This document shows positions 39,700-53,560 of a stretch of DNA of 64,000 nt, piece by piece (position 1 is the first letter of the stretch; each line of letters begins with the position of its first letter). Source of the stretch: Octopus sinensis. Its lineage: Eukaryota. A program made the translations under genes and the position numbers. A model generated the notes under the pieces. It was not told the origin of the DNA. It saw only the letters and a program-made list of their open reading frames with translations, and ran no database searches. The stretch is from the NCBI RefSeq assembly GCF_006345805.1, contig NW_021833301.1:11672-75671 (forward strand), read 5' to 3'.

Positions 39700-40622
39700 T
39701 GTTGCTACATAATTTTTACTTCACTAATTCTTTTTAGATCTTTGACATTTGACGCATGAGGAAGTTCGACACCGCTGCCCTCATTTGCACTTCCTGCTGT
39801 GAAGATTCTTCACCTAGGACTCTTGACAATAAGATATCTAGTTTTGTTTTCACGACATCTATATCCACCCCATGGAGGTCTCTCAGTTCCTTTGGGAGGA
39901 TATTAAAGAGCTGCCGGCCTTTAAAGCCCAGGCTATTACAATATATTTTGCTATATTTTGATGGCAAAGTTGGAGTCTTTAGCACTATGCAATGGCGCTC
40001 TCTTCTAGAGCCAGTTTAACTCACAATGCCAAAGTTTGTCACAAGTCCCTCCAGGATCTTCCAAATGTATATTACGGCATATGTTTCCCACCTAACGCTT
40101 TAGCGTCACAATCTCTTGAGTTTCTCCCAGCAGCTTATATGCTGCATAGAACCTATCTTCTTCGTGTAGCTTCGTTGGATTGCCTAAAGTTCTGCTATTG
40201 ATTTCACAATGGTTGGTGAACATAACTGGGAGCAATAGTCCAACTAGCTAAGGACAAATGTCCTCCAAAGGTCCATTATGTTTTCCTAATCTCTCGTTTT
40301 AAAAGTTCTAAGAATCCATCCGGTCAGCCGCCTGCATTTCATTGCCAACTTAGCAACAAGTACATGGAAGTATGCATCATTACTCATGCAAATACCCAGG
40401 TCTCGCACTGACTATGTCTCTGAGATTGCAATCCATCCATGTCCTGTGTATTTAATTAGTATTGCAGTTAGTTTTACATGCTGATAGGATAGAACCTGAA
40501 ACTTTTCAAGCATTAAACTGCATGTTATTGTTCTTAGCCCACTTGCATATTTCATTTAACTCCGTTGCAGGTGCATAGCATATTTAGGGTTCTGTATCAC
40601 CCGTGAGACTTTTGTCTCATCT
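39700..40622 (-). mobile_element. 5'-truncated LINE (CR1/L2/Jockey group), RT C-terminus to 3' end
   Basis: DETKVS..LQ.ELNEICKWAKNNNMQFNA*KF...GRQLFNILPKELRDL..KTKLDILL. Confidence 0.8.
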
Positions 40623-40689
40623 ACATAACTTGTGGTCGTGGCTCACTGTGTGGCCGAGGGCATATCTGAGAGAACGGTTTTTGTGGAAA

Positions 40690-41169
40690 GTGGGTTCTCG
40701 AGCTGGTCATTAAGCTCTGCAGTAATTTTGGGAGCTGTACTTTTGTGATCCATTCTAATAATTTGCGTAAGAGTCCAACGGCCCCTATCTGAAAGTTCTG
40801 GTTTTCTTCAAGAGTTCTGTTTCGACGAGGAAATTTTTCCCTCTTTCTCAAAGGCTGTTATTACTTTCGAGACAGTCCTTCTTGATACACGAAACATTTC
40901 GGCTATTTTCGTTATGCTAGCGCCTGCCATACGGGCATCAACAATTTGGCCTCTTTGAAAGTCTGATAGATCTGCCATTTTAATGAATTTTAATTACTTT
41001 TTTCTGATGATATCTGAAAAGAAACAGCAATTTTAGCAAAACATATTAGGCAACACTAATAATAAATCAAAAAACATAAAAATATACAAGCTTTTGACGG
41101 TTTTATAGATATTTCAAAATCATGATGCTATGATGCTATGTGTTTCCATTATTTTCTCTAACCCCTGTA
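40690..41169 (-). mobile_element. Tc1 transposon 5' end (TIR and N-terminal HTH)
   Basis: ATG at 40978: MADLSDFQRGQIVDARMAGASITKIAEMFRVSRRTVSKV..S*RKPELSDR; TA-CAGGGGTT terminus at 41169. Confidence 0.85.
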
Positions 41170-41526
41170 TATACGAATGTTAAATTAAAACATGTACATG
41201 TAACTATCAACAGAGTTAAAACCCTATCTTTTATTAAGAGGGTAATGTGCGGTACAAGGAACATTTGGCTTCTATTTCTAGCAGGTCCAATAATAGGTGA
41301 TAAATGAAGCAGAAAGATTTCCCTTATTTATCTCCTGTTGATGGTGTGTAATAAAAATAAAAAAGAAAAACATCATTCGCCTAAAGGATTTGAACACAAA
41401 TACGAAAGAATAAAAAGTAGATAATATGCAGCTCGTAAATTCCTCATAAATCCACTCCACTCAACACCAAGCATACCACAACTCTTCATTAGCATTTAGA
41501 ATTACTCAGACACGGAGGTATATATA

Positions 41527-41598
<72 letters not shown>

Positions 41599-42599
41599 TA
41601 TATTATATATGCAAACAGACAAGTACAGTAGGCTCTGTAGGAAGAGATTCTGTAAGAGCAATAGCCAGACATGTATGGAAAGAAATCTATAAAACCAACT
41701 GGTTGTTGATCTAAGATATTCGTCTGAATTCGATACGCTATTGTGAATCCCTGTGGAATTCCTTTGATCTTGGTAATCACAACCTAGCAATCTCGTCTTT
41801 GAGAGACTCATGAAATGAAATTCTGTCAGGAGAAAAATATAGAAGCATAAAAATTAGAATAATATTAATAATGACTGAAAGACTATCTGGTACAATATTG
41901 CTAATGTGTAAGTCCATGAGTTTGGTATAAATCCGTAGGATGTACTTTCGAATATTGAATTATTAAAGTGGGAAAAAATCGATGTACTCTCATGTAAATG
42001 TATATAATACATGCGGATAAATTTCTTGCTCACACACCAGCATGAAAATATTTATTCATTCGCACATTTATATCATGTGTCTGTTTGAGTGTATGTGTGT
42101 GCATGTGTGTGTGTGTGTGTAATAAAATTCACGCAAATAGCTCGAATATAATTTGAGACGAAGAGGAAACAAACAAGCAAAAGATACCATGCAAAGTCAG
42201 ACAAACGAAAGCAAGTGTCTGAAAAGCATGTAAATATAAAGCAAAAAAGCTATAAACAAAGAAGTGCCCAATGAAACTTAATGCCTCAAATGAAGAAATA
42301 AAAGGGAATCTGAGGATTCGGCTAGCAGCCTTTATCACAGAGAAGAAATAAAATTCAAGAAGGAATTGAGAAGCAGGGAAAAGATATATGATACCAAAAA
42401 GATATCTGTTCACATCACTGGTTTCAGGTATTGAAATATAGCAGTAGATTGGCTTAACGCATCGTGAGAAAATTTGAAGTAATTAAACTAGGTCTGATCC
42501 ACATATTTACTGGTCGGATCAAGCACACTGTATTGTCATCAGTACTTACTTAGTACATATTTATTAACACCAATTCAACCAACTTTTGCTCTGATCACC

Positions 42600-44230
42600 T
42601 CCTACAAGCTAGGCCCTTCCAAGTTTCCTTGTGAGTAAATCTACGCTGGACAGACTCACAACGACGTCCCGCATCCTTTACATATGAGTTTAGCTTGTGA
42701 TAATGTATTGGGTTGATTATCGTCGGCAGTTTCCTAGATTCCTCTCAATCAACACTGTGTTTCCACCTCTTCCATGCTGTACTGCAAAGGCATAGAATCT
42801 CGCAACTAAATCAGACAAACGTAAAGTTCAGGCTCACATTAGACATAGGCGCCTTTTTTTTTTTAGGGAACTTCAATCACTCTACTTGCCTTTAACCTCA
42901 TTCATTTTACTTTTATCCATACTTTTCCGCGAACATCATATTTTTATCCAGTCTCCAAATCATATCCCTCTCTAGAAGGCGACAACTGATAGCTGCTCCT
43001 TCGAAACTTTGGTCTAGGAGGTGATCATCCAAATTCACTTTGTCAGCCTCTTGTACAGGTAACATTAAGTATGAGGCGATTCCATTTATGCCTGCTTCTC
43101 TTCGGGCTATCCATAGACCTGTAACTAGTACTGGGAACATGGATGGTAACAGTAAGGGCAAAGGAAGCTATAGCATTTCGTTCTAGAATTCGCACTTCAT
43201 GGACCTACCCTTGTCAGTAGCTACCCTCCTCTCTGTGCTTTCTGTGCGAAAAGCCCTCAAATGTTTCTTACTCTCAAAGTTACAACTCCACTATCCATTC
43301 CGACACGTTCAGAAGAATACTCTTTTTAACACACATCGACCAAAAGTCCCTCCAAGCTCTCCGCCTAGAGCATATGGTAACTTGCGTCACCGAAACTGGT
43401 GGTAAATACTTCCTTAAATTTCTTCGGTCAAATTTCTTTGACAAAGGCAATAATTTTCTCGTTACTTCGCTGACCATAAATGAAGGGATGTTATAATCAG
43501 TAATTACTAAATCAGTGCGGATTGTAGAGAATCAAGAAGAAGAAAACAGAGATGTTAGAAAATAGCATGAAAAGAAATGAAATGAAACAGCCGAAAAAGG
43601 GAACAGTCTCATGAAGACAACTACAGAACACACATAACTATCGATTACACTCACCCAGCTGTAATTCCCGACTTAACAGGTTCATGCTGAATCAACACTC
43701 ATTCAATTGCGTCATTCTTGCACTTTCAGCAGATTTTCACCAAATTTACTGTAAGGCAGACACACCATTCCTACCTCCAACTTAGATATGTCTATCAGAA
43801 TCTCACGAAAAAGAAAATATTTTGACAATCACAAAATTCTTTTTGCGAAGCCAGGGGAATCAAAACTGAGTTAGGTAAAAACTTGAAGCCAATCAGCTGA
43901 TTAGGCAGTAATATGATGACAGCTACCTTTATGTGACCGTTTAAGAATAGTTTCCTCTCTACTAAATTTTGGGTGAAACTGGCCAGCCTCCTCATTACTT
44001 TATCACAGTTCCTATCCACATGTATGTCTAGGCAGATCTAAATTTCCATATCAGATCCAGATTTCAACGGTATCATCGTTTCAGTGACTGGCCTATCCAA
44101 GCGACGAATTCCAAGCTTAGTAATTTCTCCTAATTAATCTTTTACTACTCCGTATTCTTTGAATGTGGGTCCTATCACCTCATATTTGTATAATAGAAAG
44201 CCAACCACTTCATTTGCTTGAAGGCACCAT
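42600..44230 (-). mobile_element. Possible very old LINE (L1/Tx1-like) relic
   Basis: Non-microsatellite block with broken ORFs and a weak GNCR(P)I RT-like motif near 42720; not firmly recognised. Confidence 0.25.
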
Positions 44231-44419
44231 GCTTGCTGATCTTTACTTTCGTGGCCAAAATTTTGAAACTTAGGTCTGAAAATTAGAATTTTTATATCGA
44301 ATGCCCCAAGTTATATTTAATTTGCAATATATTACTTGGCCAAAAGTTTGGAACATAGAACTCCTCCCCCTCCTCCTCTTCCTCATCATCATCATTATTG
44401 TTATTACTATTATCATATA

Positions 44420-45140
44420 AGGCGGCGAGGTGACAGACTCGTTAGCACGCTGGATGATATGCTTAGCGTTTTCCGTCTGCCGTTACGTTCTGACTTCAAA
44501 TCCTGCAGAGGTCGACTTTGCTTTTCATCTTTCCGCGGTCTATAAATGAAATAGCGGCGAAACACTGAGGTCGATAAATTAAGTATCAGTGAAACACTGG
44601 GGTCGATATAACCGACTAGCCCCACCGTTCCAAAACTTTCAGGCCTTGTGCCTACAGTAGAAAGTATTATTATTATTATTATTATTAGTATCATTGTTGT
44701 TGTTGTTATTGAAGCGGAGAGCAGGCAAATCGTTACTGCGCTGGACAGAATGCTTAGCGTCATTGCGTCTTCTTTACATGCTGAGTTCAAATTCTGCCAA
44801 GTTCGACTTTGCCTTTCTTCCTTTCGGGGTCGACAAATTAAGTCCCAGTTGTGTACTGGGGTCGATCTAATCGACTGGCCCCCTCCCACAAAATTTCGGG
44901 CCTTGTACCTATAAGAGAAAGGATTATTGTATTTCTCAAGAAGGCAAGCTGGCAGTATTGTTAGTACGCTGAACGAAATGCTTAGCGGTACTTCATCAGT
45001 CGCTCCATTCTGGGTTCAAATTCCGCCGAGATCGAATTTGCATCCTTTCGGATTCGATAAAATAAGAACCAGTTGAACACTGGGGTCGATATAATCAAAT
45101 CATCCCCTCCCCCAAAACTGCAGCCCTTGTGGAAAAATTT
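44420..45140 (+). mobile_element. Three diverged SINE B copies
   Basis: Heads near 44420, 44712 and 44941. Confidence 0.8.
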
Positions 45141-45212
45141 GGACCCTTTATTATTGTATTTATTATTGTATTTCTTTGTCAATAGATGGTTTGGAGAAAT
45201 ATAATAGAAATA

Positions 45213-45608
45213 GGCGTAGGAGTGGCTGTGTGGTAAGTAGCTTGTTTACCAACCACATGGATCCGGGTTCAGTCCCACTGCCTGGCACCTTGAGCAAGTG
45301 TCTTCAACTATAGACTCGGGCCGACCAAAGCCTTGTTAGTGGATTTGGTAAACGGAAACTGAAAGAAGCCCGTCGTATATATGTATATATATATATATGT
45401 TTCTGTGTATATGTTTCTGTGTCTGTGTTTGTTCCCCCAACTTGACAAACCGATGCTGGAGTGTTTACGTCTCCGTAACTAAGCGGTTTGGCAAAAGAGA
45501 CCGATAGAATAAGTACTAGGCTTACAAAGAATAAGTCCTGGGGTCGATTTGCTCGATTAAAGGCGGTGCTCCAGCATGGTCATAGTCAAATTACTGAAAC
45601 AAGTAAGA
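45213..45608 (+). mobile_element. SINE family A, full length
   Basis: Matches the A consensus. Confidence 0.9.
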
Positions 45609-46314
45609 GAGAGAGAGAGAGAGTCTCTTTTATCTTATATGGAATCAAATTGATTAACATCTAAGAACTGGGTCAAAGGTGAATTTGTCTGCGGAATATT
45701 CACCCACTTACATATTATTAGCTACTCAGTGTTTCAGTTAATTTTATAATTGAATGCAAGTCAGCGCAATCGACAGAAGATCTAGCATCATTTATTCATT
45801 AATTAATACGATTAATTAATGGAGGCCATTCTCTTTGTTGGTTTCTATCACACATACATACATACAAACATACACACACATATGTATGCACGTATATCTA
45901 TTTGTATGTACTTATGCATGTATATATATATGTATATATGTATCTATCTATCTAGGAAACTACCTCTCTCTCTACACACGCACGCATACATACATACATA
46001 CATACATACATACATACATACATACATACATACATACATACATACAAACATATATATATAAATAATGTATATATATATATATGAGTGTGCATATATGCAG
46101 TTATCTATCTATGTTGGTAAAACAATGTAAAAGTTTTTATTTTTTCATTCCCTTTGAAATTGCTTAAATTTTGTGGTTCTCGGTCGTTTTGACTGTCTCC
46201 TAGCGTGTAGAAATTGCCTGTTATAGGTAATTTCTCTTTGTGTTTAAATGTACACTATTTTATATATATATATATATATGTATACATACATACATACATA
46301 CTTACATACATACT

Positions 46315-46525
46315 TGGCAGAAACGTTAGCACGCTGGGCGAAATGCGTAGCCGTATTTCGTCTGCCGTTACGTTCTCAGTTCTAATTCCGCTGAGGTCGA
46401 CTTTGCCTTTCATCCTCTCGGGGTCGATAAATAAAGTACCAGTTACGCACTGGTAATCGACTTAATCCGTCTGTCTATCCGTGTTTGTCCCCTCTGTGTT
46501 TAGCCCCTTGTGGGCAATAAAGAAA
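46315..46525 (+). mobile_element. SINE family B
   Basis: Matches the B consensus. Confidence 0.88.
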
Positions 46526-46540
46526 TATATATATATATAT

Positions 46541-46638
<98 letters not shown>

Positions 46639-46783
46639 GCAGGCAGGCAGGCAGGTAGGTAGGTAGGTAGGTAGATACACACACGTATATCTATCTGTTT
46701 GTACATGTCTGTCTGGCTACCTATCTCACGCTGTTCGCATATATATCTATATATTCATACATGTATATATATATATACACACA

Positions 46784-46817
<34 letters not shown>

Positions 46818-47541
46818 TGTATGTATGTATGTATGTATGTATATAAATGTGTGTACATGCATATATATGTGAGTGTGTGTGTGTGTGTGTATGTGTGAGT
46901 GTGTGTGAGTATGTGTATCAAATACTTAAATATATCGAGGGTGCTGAATAGATCGGTTCATTGACAAGAGATACAATGTGATCCAAGAGAACCACTTAAT
47001 ACGATTAGGATAAGAAACACGAATCATTTCTTATTTAATGTATATAATGAAGTATGATTTGTCGGAAACATCTCCAACTATTATATACAATAAAAATGGC
47101 GACTGAAATCGTATTTAATATGTGATATGTATCCTGTTTCACATGAATGTCTTCACGCTACATAGAACATAAGAATGAAGAAGTTTCTAGGGTCGTGAAC
47201 ACAAGAGAAATTTTCCCAATGTTTTCCTATTATGTGTCCACCCGAAATAACTGATGAATGTGTCATCACTGAAACAGATAGATAGATGGTTGGGAAAATT
47301 GATTTGATAGCTATATAGACATACAGATCGATATATAGAATAGGAGGAAAAGGAAGCGGAAAGAGAAGAGAATGATAGACAGATGTATGTGTTATTGGAT
47401 ATATATCGATAATGTAAATACTTCAATTCACTGCTAAATTACTACGTTATTACAGAAAGGACAGGCAGGCAGGCAGACACACAGACAGGCTTCATGACAC
47501 GCACAAAAACACATCCAGGCATCTATATATATATCTATATC

Positions 47542-47604
<63 letters not shown>

Positions 47605-48089
47605 ACACACACTCACACACACATATGCGAGTGCGAACTTAAACTCGCACACATACGGAGGGCGGAACAGACGACAGGCAGGCATACAGACTAAACGAAT
47701 GACTAGCTGAACTGACACATACATATGCGTATATACACATACGTGTGTGTGTGTGTGTGTGTGTGTGTTGTGTGTGTGTGTTTGTATCATCATGTATATA
47801 TCATGTACATGCATATATTATGCATGCAGATATGTACATATGAATATAATTATTTATATATATATGTATGTATATATATTATATATATTATATATATTAT
47901 AATATAATATATATATATCATACACTACATACATTCGTACATGTATTAACATATGTATAATATAATATATGTGTGTGTGCATGCGCACATGTGTGTGTAT
48001 ACATACATATATATGTATGTATATAATTATATATACATATATTAATACATATATATTATGTTATATATACATACATATATATATATATG

Positions 48090-48152
<63 letters not shown>

Positions 48153-49206
48153 TATATATATGCAATCATTAGTGGTGGTGTGACGTGTAACTCACTTTGA
48201 AACGCAGTTATTCAGCCATCAGAATCGACCTTTAATTGCCTCCCTGCACACACAACCCAGTGCACACATATGTGCAATATGCAATGTTAATAGCGACCAT
48301 ATGCAACGCAATGCAATGTTGAATCATCCAATAAAACTCCCCCATAAGAGTAAAGTAGTCCCTTTGTATGTTGTATTCCCAAATGTTGAAGTCTCTACAT
48401 TCCAGACCAGCACTCCACCCCGTAACATCCTCTGCCAAGCCGCGGCGCCTTCCCCAATCCCGTCACTGCGATTGGTACCGATGCCCGCCCCTATCTGCCG
48501 CCATCGGTTCGCTCCCACCGTTCTCCTAATCCCAGCGCCACCCAGAATCCCTACCCGGTATTCACCCGAAATAAACGTTAGCGTAATACGTTTGAGCTAC
48601 ACTACACTTACACATATATACTCACACACATACGCGTTGTCTGTCTGTCTGTCTGGCTGTCAGTTTTTAGTCTGACTGTCTGTCAGTTTATTTGTTTGTC
48701 TCTACCTCTCCCCCTCCCTCACACTCAAACATACATGCGCGCGCACACACACACACACACACACACATGCACGCGAACTTACACACATGCATTTCTGATA
48801 ATATCTGTGCACACACATGCATATACTAAGCTTCAACCTAAAACCATGTTAACGAGTGTGTGTGTGTGCGTGCGTGTGTGCATGTGTGCGAGAAAGAGAG
48901 ACAGACAGACAGACAGAGAGTGTGTGTGTGTGTGTGTCTGCACGCAGGCGTGCGTGTGCGTATATATGTGTGCGCGTGCGGAGTACTCACGAAAAGATAC
49001 ATAATACATACATATATAAATATATATATTTATTTATATACATACGTGTGTGCATACAGACATGCATGTCTCCAACTTTATATAACTTATATATACACAC
49101 GCACACACATGTATATACACACACATATACATGTATCAGATGCATATATATATATATATGAAAAAACAAGTAAAAAATAGAAAATGCTAAAATAATTTTA
49201 TAGTGA

Positions 49207-49259
49207 ACATTTCAGTACCGGTTTCGGTCATTTTGAGACCTTTTCAACTGTAACGATTA
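49207..49259 (-). ncRNA. Minimal hammerhead, U3:A8 variant (left-arm copy)
   Basis: Exact reverse complement of the core at 50780-50817. Confidence 0.75.
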
Positions 49260-49783
49260 AATAATTAAATTTAGAAAAATTAGAAGAAAAGTTTTTTTAA
49301 AAGAATATTTCTATAGTAGTGTTCAGATTTAAGTGGCATTCTGCCTTTCTCTGACTCCCTTGTTTGCCTTGTGTGTTCGAGGTAGTTGTGAGCTCTTGGT
49401 AGGGTAGTAGAGCGAAGGCTGGTGAGGAAAGGGGGGTGGGAGAATCTGGGAGTGCCCTGATGGTCGTATTTTGAATGGTCAGTGGCGGCTGGCAGTCTCA
49501 GTTCAATTCAGGAAATATTTATATTGACAGGCTTCTTTATAGAATTAGCGTAGGTGTTATACTAAAAACATTAGTGACAAACTTAAGGGGTAGGGGGTGG
49601 AGAAGAAGAGAAGAAGAAGAAGAGAGGAGAAGGAGAAGGAGAAGATGACGATGATGGTGATGGTGGTGATGATTATGACGACGATGATGAGATACGATGA
49701 TGATGAAGAAGAGAAGAAGAAGAAGAAGGAGGAGAAGGAGAAGATGGTGGTGATGATGGTGGCGATGATGATGATGCCGATGA

Positions 49784-50069
49784 GTATATTCACCTGCTCC
49801 GGGTGTCAAGAGCAGTACATAGGCCAAACAAAAAATGGTTTGCGTAAACGAATGGCCCTGCACAGATCCCAGATAAAAATTCCCCAAAACAGAAAAATAG
49901 CTTTTAGCCAACACATAGATACTTGCGCCAACAAAAAAACACCAAACTTCAGAATTTTCCCCCTCTACCAATTTAGGGACGATACAACCTCGAGACAACG
50001 AATAAGTAAGAAAATCTCTTTATTACAAAATACAAGCCACTTCTTAACGGGTCTACGACAAACAATTAA
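49784..50069 (+). pseudogene. Penelope GIY-YIG endonuclease C-terminal remnant
   Basis: IFTCSGCQEQYIGQTKNGLRKRMALHRSQI..FSQHIDTC; one frameshift near 50008, then ENLFITKYKPLLN; stop at 50067-50069. Confidence 0.9.
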
Positions 50070-50771
50070 TACCTCAACTTTAGAATAAAAGAAAAAATAT
50101 ATATACACACACAATACTACACTCAATAGAATCCATTACTAATCAGCCCCTTCATAGCTATATTTACATTCATATTCTCCCTTCTCTGTTTTTTTCTTCT
50201 TCTTCTTCTTCCTCTCTTCTTCATCATCATCGTTATCATCATCATCGGCATCATCATCATCGCCACCATCATCACCACCATCTTCTCCTTCTCCTCCTTC
50301 TTCTTCTTCTTCTTCTTCATCATCATCGTTATCATCATCATCGTCGTCATAATCATCACCACCATCACCATCATCGTCATCTTCTCCTTCTCCTTCTCCT
50401 TCTTCTTCTTCTTCTTCTTCTTCTTCTCCACCCCCTACCCCTTAAGTTTGTCACTAATGTTTTTTAGTATAACACCTACGCTAATTCTATAAAAAAGCCT
50501 GTCAATATAAATATTCTCCTGAATGAACTGAGACTGCCAGCCGCCACTGACCATTCAAAATACGACCATCAGGGCACTCCCAGATTCTCCCACCCCCCTT
50601 TCCTCACCAGCCTTCTCTCTACTACCCTACCAAGAGCTCACAACTACCTCGAACACACAAGTGCAAACAAGGGAGTCAGAGAAAGGCAGAATGCCACTTA
50701 AATCTGAACACTACTATAGAAATATTCTTTTAAAAAAACTTTTCTTCTAATTTTTCTAAATTTAATTATTT

Positions 50772-50824
50772 AATCGTTACAGTTGAAAAGGTCTCAAAAT
50801 GACCGAAACCGGTACTGAAATGTT
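50772..50824 (+). ncRNA. Minimal hammerhead, U3:A8 variant
   Basis: CAG-TTGAAAA-GGTC TCAAAAT GACC-GAAA-CCGG-TA-CTG; palindrome ACCGGT; predicted cleavage after 50814. Confidence 0.75.
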
Positions 50825-50923
50825 CACTATAAAATTATTTTAGCATTTTCTATTTTTTACTTGTTTTTTCATATATATCAACTCGTGTGTTCCTTTTCAC
50901 CCTTATACATATATATATATATA

Positions 50924-50960
<37 letters not shown>

Positions 50961-51138
50961 TGTGTATTTAAACACATAAGAGGTATCCGTCATAGGATTC
51001 CAGGAAGAGCCAAAGTACAAACCACTATTAGGGATAAAACTTCGAAGGAATCAATATAATAACTTTTAGTAGTAAAAATTTCTAAAAGCATTATTACCCT
51101 GATATTATTAATGATATATATATATATATATTATATAT

Positions 51139-51192
<54 letters not shown>

Positions 51193-51329
51193 TATTTATA
51201 TATATATATATATATACATACATACATGCATGCATACATGCATGCATACATACATACATACATACATACATACATACATACATACATACATACATACATA
51301 CATGCATACATACATACACACACATACAC

Positions 51330-51720
51330 ATAAATATATTCTCTCCAGTGCTGCTGCGAGTGGTACATCATTTGTACGATGTGGAGAATATACCGCCGCC
51401 AGCATTGTCCAAATGACCTGAACATTAGTTTCAAGGTTCATCCAAGGCTGGGACCACGGGCCATACGTCCCCTGCCCAATTCAAGATCACAACATATAGG
51501 TACATTGCAACATAATGTCTTTTCCTCAACAGGCCCTGTCCTGTTTAACATTGTCCCGTAAGAGACCAAAGAGGAAAAGGATCCCATCACCTTTAAACGG
51601 TGTCTGGACAGATTTCTTCAAGGAATGCCAGATAAGCCACCCTTACACCTGGATACAACTTACTCAACAAGAACTCACTACTTGAATGGACCATAAACAA
51701 AACTTGACTTAAAGAGGATT
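51330..51720 (+). mobile_element. LINE 3'-end fragment (same broad clade as 39.7 kb)
   Basis: HPRLGPRAIRP..FSSTGPVLFNIVP*..FKRCLDRFLQGMPDKP. Confidence 0.75.
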
Positions 51721-51779
51721 TAGATAAAGTTAGACTATCTTTGGTCGAAACATACCTAAGTTTTATCTAAGTTTTTATA

Positions 51780-51820
51780 TAAACAGCATCGGTTGTAAAG
51801 CGATGTTGGGGTACAGACGT

Positions 51821-51852
<32 letters not shown>

Positions 51853-51863
51853 GTATATATGTA

Positions 51864-51916
<53 letters not shown>

Positions 51917-52075
51917 CGGCGGGCTTCTTTCAGCTTCCGTCAACCAAATCCACTCACAAGGCTTTAGTCGGCCCGAGGCTAATGTAGAAGACACTTACCC
52001 AAGTAGTCACGTAGTGGGACTGAACCCGGAACCATGTGGTTGGTAAGCAAGCTACTTACCACACAGCCACTCCTA
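51780..52075 (-). mobile_element. SINE family A, 5' portion
   Basis: Reverse complement of the A head and linker. Confidence 0.85.
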
Positions 52076-52729
52076 TCGATAGTAACACCCAACACTCATC
52101 ACCACCACAACCACTACCACCCTCACCTTTACCGCTCGCGCAACCAACGCCCAGCATCAATACCGCTGCCACCGTTAACATCATCTTTACATCTGTCTGG
52201 TAAATCTGTTTTTATTCTTTTCTTTTTTTTTTGTTTGCAATCTCTTATATGGCTGTCGTTAACCTCTAAACTCTATCAAAAACAGTTGGTTGTGTGTGCG
52301 TGTCTGTGTGTGCGATGTGTATCTGTGTGTGCGATGTGTGTTTGTGTGTGCGTGCGTGCGTGTGTATGTGTGTTGTGTGAATTACATGGGAACATATGTG
52401 TTCTTGCGCGTATGTGTCTGTGTATGTATTGCGTGTGTATGGAGGGGTTTGAATGGAGATGTGTGCGAAATGATTTCCAATTGTATGTATGTATTTGTGT
52501 GTGTGGGGGTAGGCGGGTGCGTTAATGCTTGTGAGTGGTAGTGGTGGTCGTGGTGCCTGGGTGGGTGGGTGGGAGTTAGTGTGTGCAGGAATTTCATGCA
52601 TGTATGTGTTGGATTGCGGGGGGGGGGCGCGATTCGTCCAACACATTTTAACGCAGAGATTCAATCAGCAAGTCTCCACATCCCGTATCGACCATTCCTG
52701 CTCCTGTTGCCTACAGAGTTGCCTGCAGT

Positions 52730-53560
52730 TGTGGTGGTGGTGGGTGGCAGCGGCGGCGGTGGCAGTAGTGATGGTGGCGGTGGTGGTGGTGGTGGTGGTG
52801 GTGGTGGTGGTGAAGTAGGTGTTAGTGGTGGTGGTGGTGGTGGTGGTGGTGGTGGTGGTAGTGGTGGTGGTGGTGGTGGTGGTGGTGGTGGTGGTGGTGG
52901 GTGGTGGTGGTGGTGTGGTGGTGGTGGTGGTGATGGTGGTGGTGGTGGTGGTGGTGGTAGTGGTGGTGGTGGTGGTGGTGGTGGTGGTGGTGGCAGTGGT
53001 GATGGTGGTGGTGGTGGGGTGTCGGTAGTGGTGTTGGTGGTGACAGTTGCAGTTGTAGCGGTGGTGATGGTGATGGTGATTGTGATGGGAATGATGGTGG
53101 TACTGATGATGGAGTTGCTGGTGGTGGTGATAGTACTGTTGCTGGAGCTGGTGTTGGTGGTGGTAGTGGTGGTGGTGGGGGTGACAGTTGCAGTTGTAGT
53201 GGTTGTGGTGGTGATGGTGATGGTGATGTTAGCAATGGTGGTGTCGGTGTTTGTGGTGTTGGTTGTGATGTCGGTATTGACATTTGCAGTTGTAGTGGTG
53301 GTGGTGGTTTTAGATGGCGGTGGTGGTGTCGATGGTGGTGACAGTTGTAGTTGTTGTGGTGACAGGTGTGTGATGATGATAGTGGTAGTAATGGTGATGG
53401 TGGCGATGCTGGATGTTGTGAATGCTGATATCTCTAGTTTTATTACAAGTGAGAGGATGGTAGAGAAGAATTTTTCGGTATATAGTTGATGATGTTGCTG
53501 CTGTTGCTATTGTCGTTATCGTCGTCGATGTTGTTGTTGTTGTTGTTGCTGCTGTTGGTT
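52730..53560. repeat. (GGT)n-rich triplet mosaic
   Basis: Direct inspection. Confidence 0.92.

Larger units (their letters stand above)
49151..50878 (+). mobile_element. 5'-truncated Penelope-like element with an inverted copy of its 3' terminus
   Basis: Near-identical inverted arms 49151-49783 / 50242-50878 around a GIY-YIG remnant; flanked by (TA)n. Confidence 0.92.

Noticed and set aside
40600-40700. Direct junction of a LINE RT fragment with a Tc1 N-terminus as a possible chimeric element
   Set aside because: Both parts are broken and share no intact frame; a nested insertion or deletion explains it.
41004-41035. CTGATGA...GAAA in the Tc1 leader
   Set aside because: No helix II or helix I pairing; treated as a chance match.
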